Below, one piece after another: positions 39,492 to 55,367 of a stretch of 64,000 nucleotides of DNA. Under the pieces are notes generated by a model. It had not been told where the DNA came from. It did no database searches and was given only the letters and a program-made list of their open reading frames with translations. This stretch comes from Octopus vulgaris (taxonomy: Eukaryota). The stretch is taken from NCBI GenBank assembly GCA_951406725.2, contig OX597822.1, positions 32,860,001-32,924,000 of the forward strand, written 5' to 3'. Each line of letters opens with the position of its first letter. The first letter of the stretch is position 1. A program made the position numbers and the translations under genes.

Positions 39492-41299
39492 GTAGATATA
39501 TTGATAGATAGATATATACTTTGCTTTTGGATTTGGTTTGCAAGATTATTTATGTGAGTTCGTGTGTTGAAGCATATTCTGTTGTGTCTGGGGAGAGTCA
39601 TTATCTTTCTGTGCCTTATAATGTAACATACTCATCAGTAAAATTTCCACTTATTTTTATTTTCCTAAAATTTTCGTTGCGTTTTGCACCCTTTTCAATA
39701 GTCTTGGCTCTGTCCGTTATTTATACTACGTTCCTTTTTGATTGTGCGCATGTGTGTGCCTATGCATGCATGTGTGTATGTATGTATGCATGTGTATATA
39801 AGTGTGTGTATGCATATGTATGTATGTGTGAGCATCTGAATGTATGTATTCTGCATAATCATGTGCTTGCATGTCCGTGTGTATTTTTATGTATGTGTGT
39901 GTGTGTGCGTTTATTTGTATATGTATGCACCTCTGTCTCCCTGTGTGTGCATGTCGTAGTGTGCGCGTGTGTGTGTTTTGCAACTATGCACCGTGTTTGT
40001 ATGTATGGATGTGCATCTCCATATGTGTGGACACATGTCTCCATATGTGTCCTTGTGTGAAGTAAAATGTGTGTGTATATGGTCATGTGTTCCAGTCTCC
40101 ATTTGCGTATGTGTGCTTGTCTGTTCATATAACTTACGTACCTACACGTTTGTATGTTGATCTGTTTATTTTCATATCCATATGCTTACATGTGCATATA
40201 AACATATATACATACACACCCACCCGCGCACACATACATACATCTATCTACATAACAGTCCACTAAATATTCTACTCTACCTGTGTAAACTGTGGGTATG
40301 GAGGTATGATATCTACCATGTATATTTCTATTTAGTATTGGGGAGGTTTCGTTTATAAGGGCGTACCCCCGTATTTGTCTGAGTATAATTATGTTTATGT
40401 ACGTATATATGCACAGAAAGATCGTGCACATATATAGGTGAGTATGTACATATACATATATATATATATGTGTTTGTGTGTGTGTGTGTGTGTATATATG
40501 CGTATGTATACATATATTCATTTGTATACACGCATATATTCGTGTGTATGTATACAAATACTTATATACATACACATACGCACAAAACACACATACACAC
40601 ACGAATACTCACACATACCTACACATACATATTCATTGTCATTACAGTACAAGATGTATGTATTTTTTTTTGATATCGCTAGCATAACGCGGAAAAAAAC
40701 TATTGCGAATTTCAATTAAGAATGATGTTATGTTGTGTGACTTCAGTTTCCCAATACAATATCAAAATTATCTCTATATGCCAAAGGTTTTATGAGAAGA
40801 AAGATCAAGAACTTAAATGCAAATGAATTATTATCTATTAATATTCGTCCAATTCATTATGTCTCCTTCAGTATTATGCCTGAATCTGCTAATCAAATTC
40901 CGGACGATATTACCACTATATAACTGCTAATGAAAATGAATAGACGGAAATTAATCAACTTGAATTGACCAGTTAAATAGATTCGATATTATTTGTTCGT
41001 AAAATTACTTGCTCGTAACCTATTTAAGAAGGAAAGCTTGGCAAATAAGAATTGTGCTCTTAGTTTCATTACGATTTTTCTTTTTCAATCGGTGTTGTAT
41101 GAAACGAAGCCATATAGATTTTTTTTCTTTATAGTCGCGTGAAACTATTTATCTCTGGCTGGCTGCTAATAAGTCTTCCGATCTACAACAAACAAGCCTC
41201 ATTTTAACCACACGTTTTGTATAACTTGTATAACGTCAAGAAATGTTTAGAGGGACCAGAACATTTTCTCTATAGGGATTCCATTTTCTTCGCTCCGTG

Positions 41300-41940
41300 C
41301 CATGAAGTACATATGGTTGCTACAGTATCACTCAAATCAGCTCTGTTTTCTACCACTGTTCTTATCTGGCTCCAGTATCTCTATCCTTCTCACCTCCTTT
41401 CCTTGTTAATGGTTTTTAGCCATTTGGTTTCAGGGCACCCAACTGCATTTTTCCCCTTCATGCTGCCATTATGGTGCCACTATACAATGTTTTTTTTAAC
41501 GTGTCAGAGGACATATCTGATTCAGTCCCAGCGTCTGCATCTTATTTCATCATTGATCCTGTTGATGCTTGTTGTCGTCTCATTTGTGTCGTTTCGCACT
41601 ATTTGCAGCCATTTGACGTCGAATATTCTCCTTATACACGTGAACTGGAAGTTGTCCATTGATTGTCTTGTATTTTTTAATTTAATTAGTCCTTAATGCT
41701 TGATCTTATGCTACACTTAAGAAACTGTCTATCTCCATTTTCAGCCTTCATTTCAACAACTATAACCATGCCTCACCACTACTCTTTGCTGCAACTATAT
41801 TTGGAAATATTCCATGCAATGTCTTCTCCTGCCAATAAGATAACTTTTGTTCCTTTTTCTGGTTTTAACTTTGTTTGGGTTTTTGGCTTCCATACGTCTT
41901 GCTATGACTGTAATAGCTCTTAGTAAACTTTCTTCACTAT
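41300..41940 (-). mobile_element. LINE (RTE-like) ORF 3' fragment
   Basis: Minus-strand translation FQFTCIRRIFDVKWLQIVRND...INDEIRCRRWD*IRYVL, like CLRRIL.I.W...V.N...I..RRW.WIGHVLR. Confidence 0.7.
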
Positions 41941-42049
41941 TACGTACATAAGAGTCTGTATCTCTCTAGCTAACTTCACGCAGTCTTCTACTGATACTAA
42001 CTGTCTTCTGCCTTCCTTTTTAGGTAAGTATAATATTGCTACTCCTGCT

Positions 42050-43290
42050 TTGGGTGGAGTCTTCCATTCATATTGAATCCCTTCCTAGTTCTTCTGTATG
42101 GGCTGTGCTAATTCCGTTTTTGCTGAATCTACAAAAGCAGTCGAATATCTAAGTAATTATACCGCCCAAGTATTTACAGTCTTCACTAGATTTTGACCAT
42201 TTACCAGGGACTTCATTAGCTTCCTCACCCTTCTAATGTACTCCTTCTCAATTTTCGTTTTCATTTCTATAGTTAGTACTCTGTTGGATTCTAATACTCC
42301 CATATACTTATAACTCTTTGCTCTTTTCAATGATTTTAGTGCTTAGTCATACGGTAATTGGATGCCTTCGCTATTGACTAACTGACCCCTTCCCATGACT
42401 AATTTTACACACTTATCTATGTCAAATTCCGTGCCTGTTTCTTTGCTGAAGAATCTTGCAGCCTGTATTAATGAAGCTATCTCCTTTTCATTCTTACTAA
42501 AAAGCTTCAGGTCACCCTTGTAGAGTAAATGGTTAATTTTTCTCTTACTATTTCTGAACTGATATCCTGGCTCTGCATTTCTTAATGCTAAAGTGAGGGG
42601 GATCAAACATAAAACAAATATGAAAGGAGATAACGAGTCCCCTTGAAAATTCCTCTCTTTATATTAACTCTAAGACAGTGTCACCTGGTCTTAGATCTGG
42701 CTGTTTTTCACTCTCTACTTCTTCCCTCACTTTCTTTAACCATACTGCATCTTCATTATGAGTGACTGGCTTATCCCAGAACTTTCTAGCTTCTTCTATA
42801 TTAGACTTCTCATTTTCAGTACTTCGTTCTCCACTATTTATTTGGTTATAAAATCACCCCTGGTCTGTCTCAAATAATCTATTCTCTTGATACTATTCTA
42901 GCCTTGTCTGATATCTGGAGAGCTTACCCTGCTACTTATACGATACGCTGTTTCAACTCTTGTATTACTGTCCAAAATCCGTTTTCTTTGTCAAGAGAGG
43001 ATTTGCATCTTGTGTTTCCTAACTTGTTCAGTTTCCAGGCTTCTGTTCTACTCACATATTGTGTTAAAGCTTTCACTTTATTTTGTAACCTCTTTATCCA
43101 CATTTGCACTTTTGAATCGTTCTTTAAGGATTATCTAACCGTCTAGTAACTACTACCCCTCCCGCATAGATCAGTAAGTTAATGGTTCCTATATTTTAAG
43201 TATCTAACCTACTGATAACAAAATCTACTTACTTAGCCATATTTAGCAGCTTCCTTCTGTTGCTACCTTTTAATGCTGGCAATCATTTTC
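42050..43290 (-). mobile_element. R4/Dong-clade non-LTR retrotransposon RT fragment
   Basis: QGDSLSPFIFVLCLIPLT...INHLLYKGDLKLF (YMDD degraded)...EFDIDKC, then YKYMGVLE...EYIRRVRKLMKS..NGQNLVKTVNTWAV. Extent above ~42680 is less certain. Confidence 0.82.
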
Positions 43291-43466
43291 TTACTTTTTT
43301 CTTCATTATTATTGTTGTTGTTGCTATTGCTGTTGTAAGGTGATGAGCTGGCAGAGTTATTTGTACCAGTTGAAAACTGAGTTCAATGATAACACTTCCA
43401 ATCAATTAAAATCAGAAGCCATGAGAGCCACTGCTTGGTTTATCATCATCATCAGTATTGTTGTTG

Positions 43467-43539
<73 letters not shown>

Positions 43540-43581
43540 TGTTATTATTATTATTATTATTATTACTATTATTATTATTAC

Positions 43582-43639
<58 letters not shown>

Positions 43640-44275
43640 GAAAGACAGCATAACATTAAATAGAATAATTTTCATCATGTATTATAAATAACAAATATCT
43701 GTCATTCCAAATTTTTCATCACAACCAAATTATATTTACTGAATGTTAATCATCGCAAGCCTATAATTACCGGAAAATACAATTAATGAAATAATCACAT
43801 TTATCCTTATGTACCTGCTAATTTTCCTGCCTGATACATGTGTACAGACTAGGACGGGCTTTTATTGTTGTTGTTGTCGATGGTGATGATGATGACGATG
43901 ATGATGATGATATTGCTGTTTGTCTTGTTGCTCTTGAAGCAGTCGTTCTTTCTTTTGCTGTTGATGATGATGATGATGATGATGGTTATGATGATGGCGA
44001 TGATGACGAATGATGGTGTTCTTGTAATGTTATTGCTTGATATATTAGAGACGCATTTGCAATGGAACAAAAGCATGGTAGCCGATATTAAACAAACATA
44101 ACTACGTTTCAATTGTTTAGAGACAAACATAATAATATCAATAACAACGCGATGATGACGATAACAAGAACAATAACTACAACAACACGAATACTATAAA
44201 TATTAATAATAATAATAATAATAATAAAAAATTTCAATAACAATAATAATAGTAGCAGTAATAATAATAGTAGCA

Positions 44276-44323
<48 letters not shown>

Positions 44324-44672
44324 TAGTAATAGCCACCAGATTTTAGATTAACATTATTCCGAAGTGAACTCTGCAGTTTGAGAAGCCATATCAGGAAATG
44401 CTATTGACGTTAGGTAGAAAGCTTAGATTACATGTCAATTCGAATTGACTCTAATAAAATCAAAATGATAAACTGATTAAATAAATTTAATCATCAATAT
44501 AACATGACGAATTGTATGTGATATATTTAGATAGGGATTTCAATGAGTCTCTGGTTCCTTTTTATATTTTATGAATGACTTCAATTTGCTCAATGTTTGT
44601 TATTAGAATATGCTCGAATATATATATATAGATATATATAAATAATCTATATATATACATATATATATGTAT

Positions 44673-44757
<85 letters not shown>

Positions 44758-45939
44758 TGTGTGTATATGTGTTTGTGTGTGTATATATATATGTGTGTTT
44801 GTGTGTATATATATGTGTGTGTGTGTGTGTGTCTATGTATTACAGCAAATGACATCATATAACTCATATTCGGTTGAAACGGTTGTAACAAGGTCGTGAA
44901 TGTGACACTATCTCTTCCATTCTTTTGTTCGTTGTAAATGCATCTGTTGTGCAAAACTGTATATATATATATGTATATATGTATATTGAATTAAATATTT
45001 CGTTAGTTGAAGACTAATTGTTGATATTTCGCAAAAATCATTAGTCATAATCCATATACAACGGCTTATTGCACTTTTACGTCTCTGTGTCACACTTATA
45101 TCGATTTCCCTACAGAAATGTATGTGACCGATGCCTCGAATTAATGGCAATATGGTAATAACTACAGGTTTTGTGTTACTAATACATAATAGATAATCTT
45201 GGTTTTAGAATATCCTACGCTACCGACGCCTAGATAGCACATAGATAAGCATCATAGTTGTCCGTCTCGCAGATTTGGATGGATTGTAATTTCATATCAT
45301 TGTAATTCTATTCCATTACTGAGAAATACCTCACTTTGATTTATATATTTCGGGTTAAGTTATGACAAACTGGTAATTTCCCAAAAGAATGAAATGGTGC
45401 TATACAGGATTACGTAGCACTAGAAAATTTAATACCTCCGTAAGAAGTGTTAAAGGAGTGCTAAATATGTACTTTATGTGCATCTTCTGCCTTAAGTTCA
45501 AATACAATCTTCTCGTATTGTCAAATATTATGATGATATGATTAGCTGAATTCCACGTAATTTCGTTAACCATGAATAGATGTATTGAGCAAATGCAAAT
45601 AATTTTCACAATGGCGTACATGACCGCCAATATGTTTGAGATATACTTACACGAACCTTAACGACTCCGTTGCATTCATAAAAGCATATATATAAAGGAA
45701 AATTTATTCGAATTATTCTAAGAAATATTTCCATTGTAGCGAATGATACTAGCTCATAGTATACAGTGGTCAATATATTATGCATATATTACATTTCGCC
45801 ATTTTATAGCTGTTCATAGCCTGCACTTTGGCTTTGTACAAGTTATTTTCTTGAAATCCTTTGTGTCAGAACGCAAATTTCTACCAATGCAAAAGGGATT
45901 CCTGAAGATGTTGAAGCTTGCCATCGACTGCGCCAAACA

Positions 45940-45993
<54 letters not shown>

Positions 45994-46254
45994 ACATCAT
46001 GACCATCATCATCACAACCGTTATCAACGTCGAAGTCAATGTCATCATCATCATCCTCGCGTTGAATAAAGAAAATTTATAATAAAAGCCTTTCGGCAGT
46101 GCAAATGGAACAGGAGAAACCTAATGCTTAGCGTTTTCAGATCGCAACCTTATGTTCGCGAGTCCAAAACGCAACCACAAGGTCACACGATCTTGTACTA
46201 CTCTTATCTCCATAAATAACGTACCCGTATTTGTATATATTTTTCTCTAACTCC

Positions 46255-46474
46255 TAAGAATTATGGGAAATGGAGACAAACGTTCAAGACGTTATTCAAG
46301 TCATTTATATAACCATAAATGAATAATGTGGAACAATGCATCAACTTTATCGGGGAGGATATAAACAATAGTGTGTTATTTTAAAGCATCTATTGAAACA
46401 TACGTCGGTGATATGGAGATATAATTGATTTAAATAAAATCTTGGGCGTTTGTCTCGATTTTCCATTATTCTTA
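46255..46474. repeat. Diverged foldback / MITE (~63-bp arms)
   Basis: TAAGAATTATGGGAAATGGAGACAAACGTTCAAGA versus the reverse complement of TCTTGGGCGTTTGTCTCGATTTTCCATTATTCTTA. Confidence 0.6.
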
Positions 46475-46820
46475 TGTTCTCCAAATCATGTCTCGCTTTT
46501 CCCAGGAATACATTCCCGCACAAGAGTGATCACTAATTTCTAGGACGGTTGTGTGAAATCTGGCTGCCTTGTAATTGTTTCTGTTCATACACACACATAT
46601 TTTATATATTTTATCTAGTTTCAGCTCACGAGCTGTGGCCATGTTGGGGCACCGCCATATATATATATATATATATATATAAAGTTAATCCAAACAAGAA
46701 AACACAAAAAAACAAAAAAAAACACAACAACTCGAGGACGTTGAACAAATGAAGTATTATTGGACGCTCAGAAAAGGAGGGAAGAAGAAGGAGGGTTTAA
46801 CGTATATATATATATATATA

Positions 46821-48467
46821 CACTTGCGTCGGAAATTAATTAGCACTTCTCAAATTTCTACATTTTCTTACATTTTCTTAATTTAATTAACTTATTATCA
46901 GAAACGAACTTGTTTATAATCAAAAATTTATTAAAACAGATCCCAGCACACCACATAATTGTTATTAATCGTGAAATTTAGTCAATATCTTGTTGCTCCT
47001 CCTTTGGCAGCAATGACAGCTGCTACGCGGGTCGGCATGCTGTCTATGAGTGCCTGCAGGTACTGTGCAGGGATGGCCCTCCATGCAGCAAGAAGTGCCC
47101 CAAACAGCTTGTGTCGGTTCAGGTCAGGTGACTGGCCAGGCCAGTTCATGACCGTCACCCCATGGTCCTTGAAGAAACCGGTTGTGAGCTTGGCTGTGTG
47201 GGAAGGCACTTTGTCCTGCTGGAGCACGTACTCCTCGCCACCAAAGAGGTATCCCGTACTATCTCAACGTACTTTGCTGCGTTGATGTTGCCTTCGACGG
47301 CATAGAGCCGCCCAACACCACTGTAGCTGAACGTCCCTCACACCATCAGACCACCCCCACCATGCTTCATGGTGAGAGCAATGCAGTCTTTGTTGAAGCG
47401 CTCACCCCTGCGGCGTCGCACATGGACAGGCTTGTTACTGACGAGACTGAATCGCGACTCGTCATTGAACATCACTGTCCACCACTGCTGCACGGTCCAT
47501 GTCTTGTGGGCACGGGCCCAGAGCAGCCGGCTCTTCCAGTTTTGGGCTGTAAGGAGCGGCTTATGGGCGGCCCTACAGGATTTTAGACCAGCTTCCAGTA
47601 ATCTGGTCTTGACGGTGGTTGTAGACAACTGCTTCCCTGTCATCTTTTGCATCTCCTCCGCCAGTTGCTGGCTCGTTGCCCTTCGGTTGCACAGCGACTT
47701 TCGGATCAGCATCCGGTCCTCCCGCTGGGTCGTCAGCCTCTTCCGTCCCCTACCCTTTTTGTCAGCTGCTGATCCGGTTTCCTCGTATTTCTTAAATAAG
47801 CACTGAATTGTGCCCTGGCTACACCAAGTTTTCTGGCTATTGCAGTCTCCGACAGCTTCCCACGCCACGAGAGAGCCTCGTACCGTCTCTCCAAGGTCAT
47901 GCGAGGTCTTGGGCCCATCTAGGAATGAACGATAAAAACCAGTTATTTTCATTAAAACTATTCATTTGAATAATGTTATGCTATAACAAAACTGCTATGA
48001 GTTATTATTCATTAAACAAAAAAGAAAGAAAGCAGAATTTCTCACCTTATTTGATGTATAACAGAAAGTTTTGTGAACCAGAAGTGACGTCATCAAGCAG
48101 AGTGTAGGAGAATTTGTGAGGAAAAAAAATCTTGCAAATACACAAATCAATTAACCTACGAGCTGTTCAAAACGTCTTACGTGATGAGAAAACTTAGTAC
48201 GGTGTGATTTCGGTCCTTGCGAGGCGCTACCTATATCTATTAAACAAAGGAAGATTTGTCTGCATCCGCACTCCAAGTTGTTGTTGCACTGCTATGTCAA
48301 CATCATTAGGCTGTAGACTCTCAAACTGCTCTGCAAACAAAGTTACGTCATCGTTCTGCGCAACAGTGAACTCACAACAAAGCAATAGTTCGAGATATGG
48401 CCACTAGGTGACAGCAAATACCTTGAGTGAAGAGAAAATCAAGGGTGCTAATTAATTTCTGACGGTA

Positions 48468-48470
<3 letters not shown>
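46821..48470 (-). mobile_element. Tc1-like DNA transposon, near full length, inserted in (TA)n
   Basis: TIRs CACTTGCGTCGGAAATTAATTAGCAC / GTGCTAATTAATTTCTGACGGTAGTG, TA on both sides, transposase inside. Confidence 0.93.
46982..47918 (-). pseudogene. Tc1 transposase pseudogene
   Basis: MGPRPRMTLERR...IARKLG (HTH), GRKRLTTQREDR, KPLLT...RLLWARAH..W...W..VMFNDESRF, KHGGGGLMV*, QQDKVPSH, WPGQSPDLN, GGATRY*. Frameshifts, a stop codon, and a deletion of the PIENLW segment carrying the catalytic E. Confidence 0.92.
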
Positions 48471-48506
<36 letters not shown>

Positions 48507-48508
<2 letters not shown>

Positions 48509-48684
48509 TTTTATAATTATATGCATAATTATAACAAGGGCTTGGCTTGCGCCTCACCACGCACTGAAATATAGACGTCTCGGAGAATTTATGGTGGCAA
48601 TAGTGTCTTTTGACGTCTATTTTTCAGTGCGTGGTGAGGGACAGGCCACGCCCTTGTAATAATTATGTATATAATTATAAAATA
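48507..48684. repeat. Foldback, ~72-bp arms, ~32-nt spacer
   Basis: ...CAAGGGCTTGGCTTGCGCCTCACCACGCACTGAAATATAGACGTC / GACGTCTATTTTTCAGTGCGTGGTGAGGGACAGGCCACGCCCTTG... Confidence 0.88.
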
Positions 48685-48816
48685 CTTATATTCATTTACC
48701 TACGAGCTTTTATTTCCGCGCTGACGAATTGGTAAAACTCATTTATGATTTTACCCTTTATAATAATAATAATAATAATTATTATTATTATTATAATTAT
48801 TATTATAATTATTATT

Positions 48817-48906
<90 letters not shown>

Positions 48907-50695
48907 GTATGTATATACATACATACATACAAATACCCGTTGAGTTTCTGCAATTATAACCAAGGAGAATAGAGTAAGCCAGTCACTTTATTTCATTGAC
49001 TTACAATTGCTTAACTCAACATTCATCTCATGAGCATTGATATATTATTATATTTGTTTTTGTTGGGTTTGTGATGTGTAGATGAATTCCTTTGAACTCG
49101 CCCAAATTGATATGAGTATAAAAAATCGTTAACTCCTGTATCCTCAGCAAATGAGCTTTATGCACGATTCTGAAGAATCGATCTTTGATATTGTGTCAAA
49201 GACAGTTCCAGTATTAATGGTTACATATACTATTGTATAATATATCAAAGCATTTGATATCGATATTCAATTAAATGAAACGGTTGTAAATCAATAAAAT
49301 AAAAAAAAGACTTGCTCACTCCATTCTACTCAGTTATAGTTGCAGAAACTCCACATGTATTTTGGATTTTCAGGCATGTGTTTGATATAAAAAGAAACAA
49401 TCTTCGGATTACCATGTCTGATAGCCTGGCTAGGCGGATGAGTTTCATAAGACACACACCAGTGATAACACCCGAATATATATATATATATATATATATT
49501 TACATGTATGTGTGTGTGTACTTGTGAGTGTGCTTGTGTGTGTGCTTGTGTGTGTATGTGCGTGTGTGTATGTGCGTGTGTGTGGCTCCGATTGTATACA
49601 TACGTATATTACGTGTGCGTAGTATGTATGTGAATTGGTATGTATTGTCTCTCTATCTGTATGTATATGTATATATATATATATGTGTGTGTGAATACAT
49701 GTGTGTGCGTGCATGCGTGTGTTTGTGTGTGTGTAAAACCATAGTTAAAACAAGACTAGGCAACTCCATAAACATTCCTATCCTAAGTAGCCTTAAAACA
49801 AGCATGAGTGTGTATATATGTTGGTTACTTGTATCTAATTACATAACAGAAAAAATATCGAATAAAACTTGTTATTATATATCTCGATACAGAATGACTT
49901 TTATGCTCTAAATATAGTAATACAAAATGTTTCACAAAATGTTATGCATATGATAGACATAATTACACTTAAAACTTGTCAGAGAGACAGTCTGTTCTGC
50001 CGTCTGCCGACGTATTATCGTACAGCCCATTCAATATATCATAATCATCCAAAGACGGAAATTATTTATGCTATATATACATAGTTGTGTATTTCTATTG
50101 TGTGTTTTTTAATATGTATTTCATTGTTTACGAGGACATATATGCAAGTAGGTAAAGAAGGATGACAGACAAACAAGATAAGGATTAGGAAATTATTTTA
50201 GACTTCAGCAACCCCCACTTAGATGCCCTTAAATGAAATATATTTCCTCTACTTCAAACCGATTCTGTGTTTGCTCAGGGCACTACGAATATACGCGGTT
50301 TATGAAAAGAAAATAAGAGCTTTTAGTTACTAATCTTAATATCAAAACACGTTGTTGGGGATTTTTTAGTCCCAGATTACACTGACCGAGACAAGGTACT
50401 CATTAAATTTGTTATTCTTATACAAGAATTAGTCATTGAAATGCGGCTATAAAATATTTAGTGACTTATATCAATATATCACTAATGATTTCACTATAGT
50501 GTTATTTTATTGATCTGCATTTTCGTCTAAACGCTATTAAGCACATTTGAAACATAACGCCGATTTTAGAACCGGTTTAAAGAGTACAGCAGGGATCTCC
50601 ACCACCCGCTGCCGGAGCATCGTGGAGCTCTAGGTGTTTTCACTCAATAAACACTCACAACGCCCGGTCTGGGAATCGAAACCGCGATCCTACAA

Positions 50696-50729
<34 letters not shown>

Positions 50730-51483
50730 TGTGTATATATATATATATATATATATACACACTTATAGATATATATGAGCATACATACATATATGTAAAT
50801 ATTTAACCAAATACTTATATACGTCTTTGTGTGTATATATATCATGAGTGAGGAGTGTGCATGCATTAAGAGAGGAGGGAGAGACAGAAAGAAGAGGAAA
50901 ACTGCAAGAGGGTAAGGAACAAAATCCTCAAAAAGAACATGATCGGCCAAAGTCTTTTTTTTTTTCGTTTGTTTTGGGTTTGAAATTTGCTACTAAATAC
51001 CGGGCAGTAACATATATACACCAATTGAAATATGCTTAATGAGATACACGAAAAAAAAATTATAATGGTGTGCATAAGCAATTATGTGCAACTGCTAAGG
51101 TATTGTAAAATGTCTGAATAAATCAGAAAGCGTGAGTTTATATAATGAGTTTCAGTACAGAGGAGGTAAGCGTTTACGTGCGTGTAGCTGTAATGATAAG
51201 AAGATCCCTTAACGTGCATTTAGATAAAGCTGTTTGTTTATTGAATTAGAGGCTAATTAACGATAAACATAGCAACATATTTGGTTTCAATATTTAAAAC
51301 AGCAGGCAAGGAATTGTTAATAGAATTTTAGATTAAAACATTATCCGTTAAATGAAGCTATAAGTGATATTTATAGATATATATATCCATCCTTCCATTC
51401 ATCTACACATACATATATACATAAATATATACATATGTTTATGCATGTATCTATCTACCTATCTATCTATATAACTATCTATC

Positions 51484-51517
<34 letters not shown>

Positions 51518-51738
51518 CATACACACTCAAAATACGTATACACACACGCATACTCACACACACTCGCGCACACATTCTATACCCTATTTTTCAGAACTGC
51601 AAAATTACAGTGGCGTAAACAAACTCTGCTTCTGAAGCGAAGCTGGAAGACAAACTCAAGCACAAAATCTTGCACACAAACTTCTAAACATATACAGATA
51701 TACGTATGCGTATGTGTACACACACATACAAAGGTATG

Positions 51739-51801
<63 letters not shown>

Positions 51802-52106
51802 ATATATCCTTGTCTATCTTTTATTTCTCGCGGTTTTTTGATGGAGCCGATGATAAGAAGGATTTTAGTCGATCGAATGTATACCACTACTTTATGATAT
51901 GAAGCAATCGACTTATTCTATGAGTTTTCTTTGCCGAAACTGTAAGTTACGGTAGCGTAAACAAATTCCGGTCATCATGAACTCAAACACAAATATTATA
52001 TATATACACACATATATATACATACACACACATAAATATATATATATAATATATACATATATACATATAAACATGTATATAAATATATAGTTATATATAT
52101 ATGTAT

Positions 52107-52180
<74 letters not shown>

Positions 52181-52278
52181 ATATATATATACATATATAT
52201 ATAATTTTCGGACATTCAAACATATAAATGTATATATTAAAGTCACAGAAGCACATGGTTCTGGGTTCAGTCACACTT

Positions 52279-52532
52279 GGTCTGTCTATTGCTATGTGTG
52301 TAACCTCTGTGATCTGTCTAAGTGTCGTGTCAGTTCTATGCATCGATAATACTTGAACCGCTATGCTATTAGTCGAGTCCCCATTTTCTTGAGCTCAAAG
52401 AGTGCTCTACCAACATGTTCAGACAGAACATGGAGGCTCGATTAATAGCATAGAGGTTAAATTATTATCGAATCATAGAACTAACACAACACTTAGACAG
52501 ATCACAGAGGTTACACACGTAGCAGACAGACC
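52279..52532. repeat. Foldback, ~100-bp arms, adjoining a family B SINE head fragment
   Basis: GGTCTGTCT..GTGTGTAACCTCTGTGATCTGTCTAAGTGT...CTATGCTATTAGTCGAG / CTCGATTAATAGCATAG...ACACTTAGACAGATCACAGAGGTTACACAC..AGACAGACC. Confidence 0.88.
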
Positions 52533-53495
52533 GAACCTCAATAAAAACACTAATTGAACAATAATACCCACTACCGCACCACACCACATGATTAAAGACA
52601 GAAGGGAGGAGAAGAAAGAGAAAAATAAATAAAACACAGATACAAACGGTAATACACGCTCAGTTGAGATATATGCACATACCTGTGATAAGTGTACGAA
52701 ATAGAGATAAATAAATATAAAAATTATATTAAAAAGTAAATATATATATATATAAATAATGAAAATAAAAGATAAAAAATATATAAAATAAATATATGTC
52801 ACATACCTGTAATAAATATAAGAAATAGAGATAGACAAACAGATAGATAAATAAATCTATCTAAATAGCATAGATACAAGCAACAAAATAAGCCATATAC
52901 TCACACGGTCACTTCTTGCAGCGTTCACAGAGCCCGTGGTCATCAGCTTTGCCTGACAACTTTTTATTTTCTCCGGACGTAGGTTTGCATGCTTGCCTTT
53001 CCATGCACGCCACTATATCTGAACCAAATCAATGGAATTCCACACTTCATAGCTATATTAGTTGGTACCTGGACAGGCAATCCGGAATATAAGAAATGAG
53101 AAATAAGAAAATAAGGAAATAAGAAATCTTCATTAGCGTTATCTGTTTAAAGAATGTTTTCGTTAATACTTCAGTGACACTAAAAATTCCATAAGCAGTT
53201 TCTATTGCCTAGTTACTTTCACCAGCCAAGTACATAAATATATACATACTCACACACACACACACACACGCATGCGCATACATAGTTTTGTACATGAGTG
53301 CCAACATTATCATGTGCCACGTTTGGACAAACTGTGAAGATGACTTCACATGAAACCAATGGTAGCTTCTTAAGCCACAAAGAAAGAATATCTCTTCCCC
53401 AGTTCGGTGCTGAACACTGAATCACCGTTCGATATTAGTATAAATGCACGCACACATACACGTATATATGCATATATATATATGTGTGGTGTGTG

Positions 53496-53802
<307 letters not shown>

Positions 53803-53818
53803 TATATGTATGTATGTA

Positions 53819-53869
<51 letters not shown>

Positions 53870-53928
53870 GCTTATGAATTCTAATTATTCTCTTAATTCT
53901 AACCGACGCATTCACATATGTATGCGTA

Positions 53929-53992
<64 letters not shown>

Positions 53993-54134
53993 GGTGTGTA
54001 TGTAAGTATATATGTATGTATGCATGTAAGTATGGAGCTCTAGGTTTCAAAACCCTGCTCTTTATATTGAATATTTTCTGAAAGTTTGTATTGACATATA
54101 TGTGTGCATACAGAGACACACTCACACATACTTA

Positions 54135-54169
<35 letters not shown>

Positions 54170-54441
54170 GTTTTTAATGTTCCTCTCCGTTGCACTTTTA
54201 TCTCTCTAGAGTTTTCTAATAACATATTAACAATGAAAATTTGCCATCCAAGTACAATGCTGATTATAATACAAAGGTTACATTTTAATATTGTACGAAA
54301 CACACACGATAATCAAACATGTTGTTTGGTGCATATGTAAATAGTATAAGCCATGTATATAAGTTGTAATGAGATTTATAGTTATATAACGAGAGAGTGT
54401 AGCAGTTATATAGGTTACGAGATTGATAGAGAGAAGGAGAG

Positions 54442-54597
<156 letters not shown>

Positions 54598-54871
54598 CAA
54601 AGAATACAGCGGCTTAATTATTTCGTTCCAATCCCACATCAAATAATCTTTCTCCTTAAATTACTGCACCAAAGATGGAATGAAATATTTATCATCCTAT
54701 TACATTATAATTTCCGTATACAAGCTTATTAATTTGTTTTTATTCAGAGCAGTTTTCGGTTGGCAAAGCTGTAATGAAAACATAAACCAATTATCTTTTA
54801 ATGCCTTGAAGATAAATTATTACATTTTCTCTAATATATTTTATATAAATAGCAACAGGGGCTGTTAAGTA

Positions 54872-54905
<34 letters not shown>

Positions 54906-55332
54906 CATACATAAACACGTAAATGCACGCGAATACATAAATACATGCATACGTACATAAATATATTTTCACGTATATTTACTGTTGTATACGTACCTTT
55001 TTTTAATCATGAGCAACGTTTCAAATGAATGTTATAAATCAATCAATCATCAGAATATTCAAACTCACCTTAGGGAAAAATATTACTTTGTGTGTTTTAA
55101 TAAGTTAGATATAACCACAATATTGGAAATGAAACCCAGTTCAACACCTGGACCTAAAAATTTTTTAACAAAACGCCTCAAACGGACTTAAGTAAAAAGT
55201 TTACACATACTTTTCTTATCGAGAATCTTAAGAGGTCTAACGCAGGACATAAATATCCACTAAACGAACAAATTAATGCAAAATGTCATGCCGATTTACA
55301 AATATAGATAAATAGATAGATAGATACTAGAA

Positions 55333-55367
<35 letters not shown>

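Noticed and set aside
45743-46069. Poly-His ORF
   Set aside because: (CAT)n microsatellite with no other coding signal.
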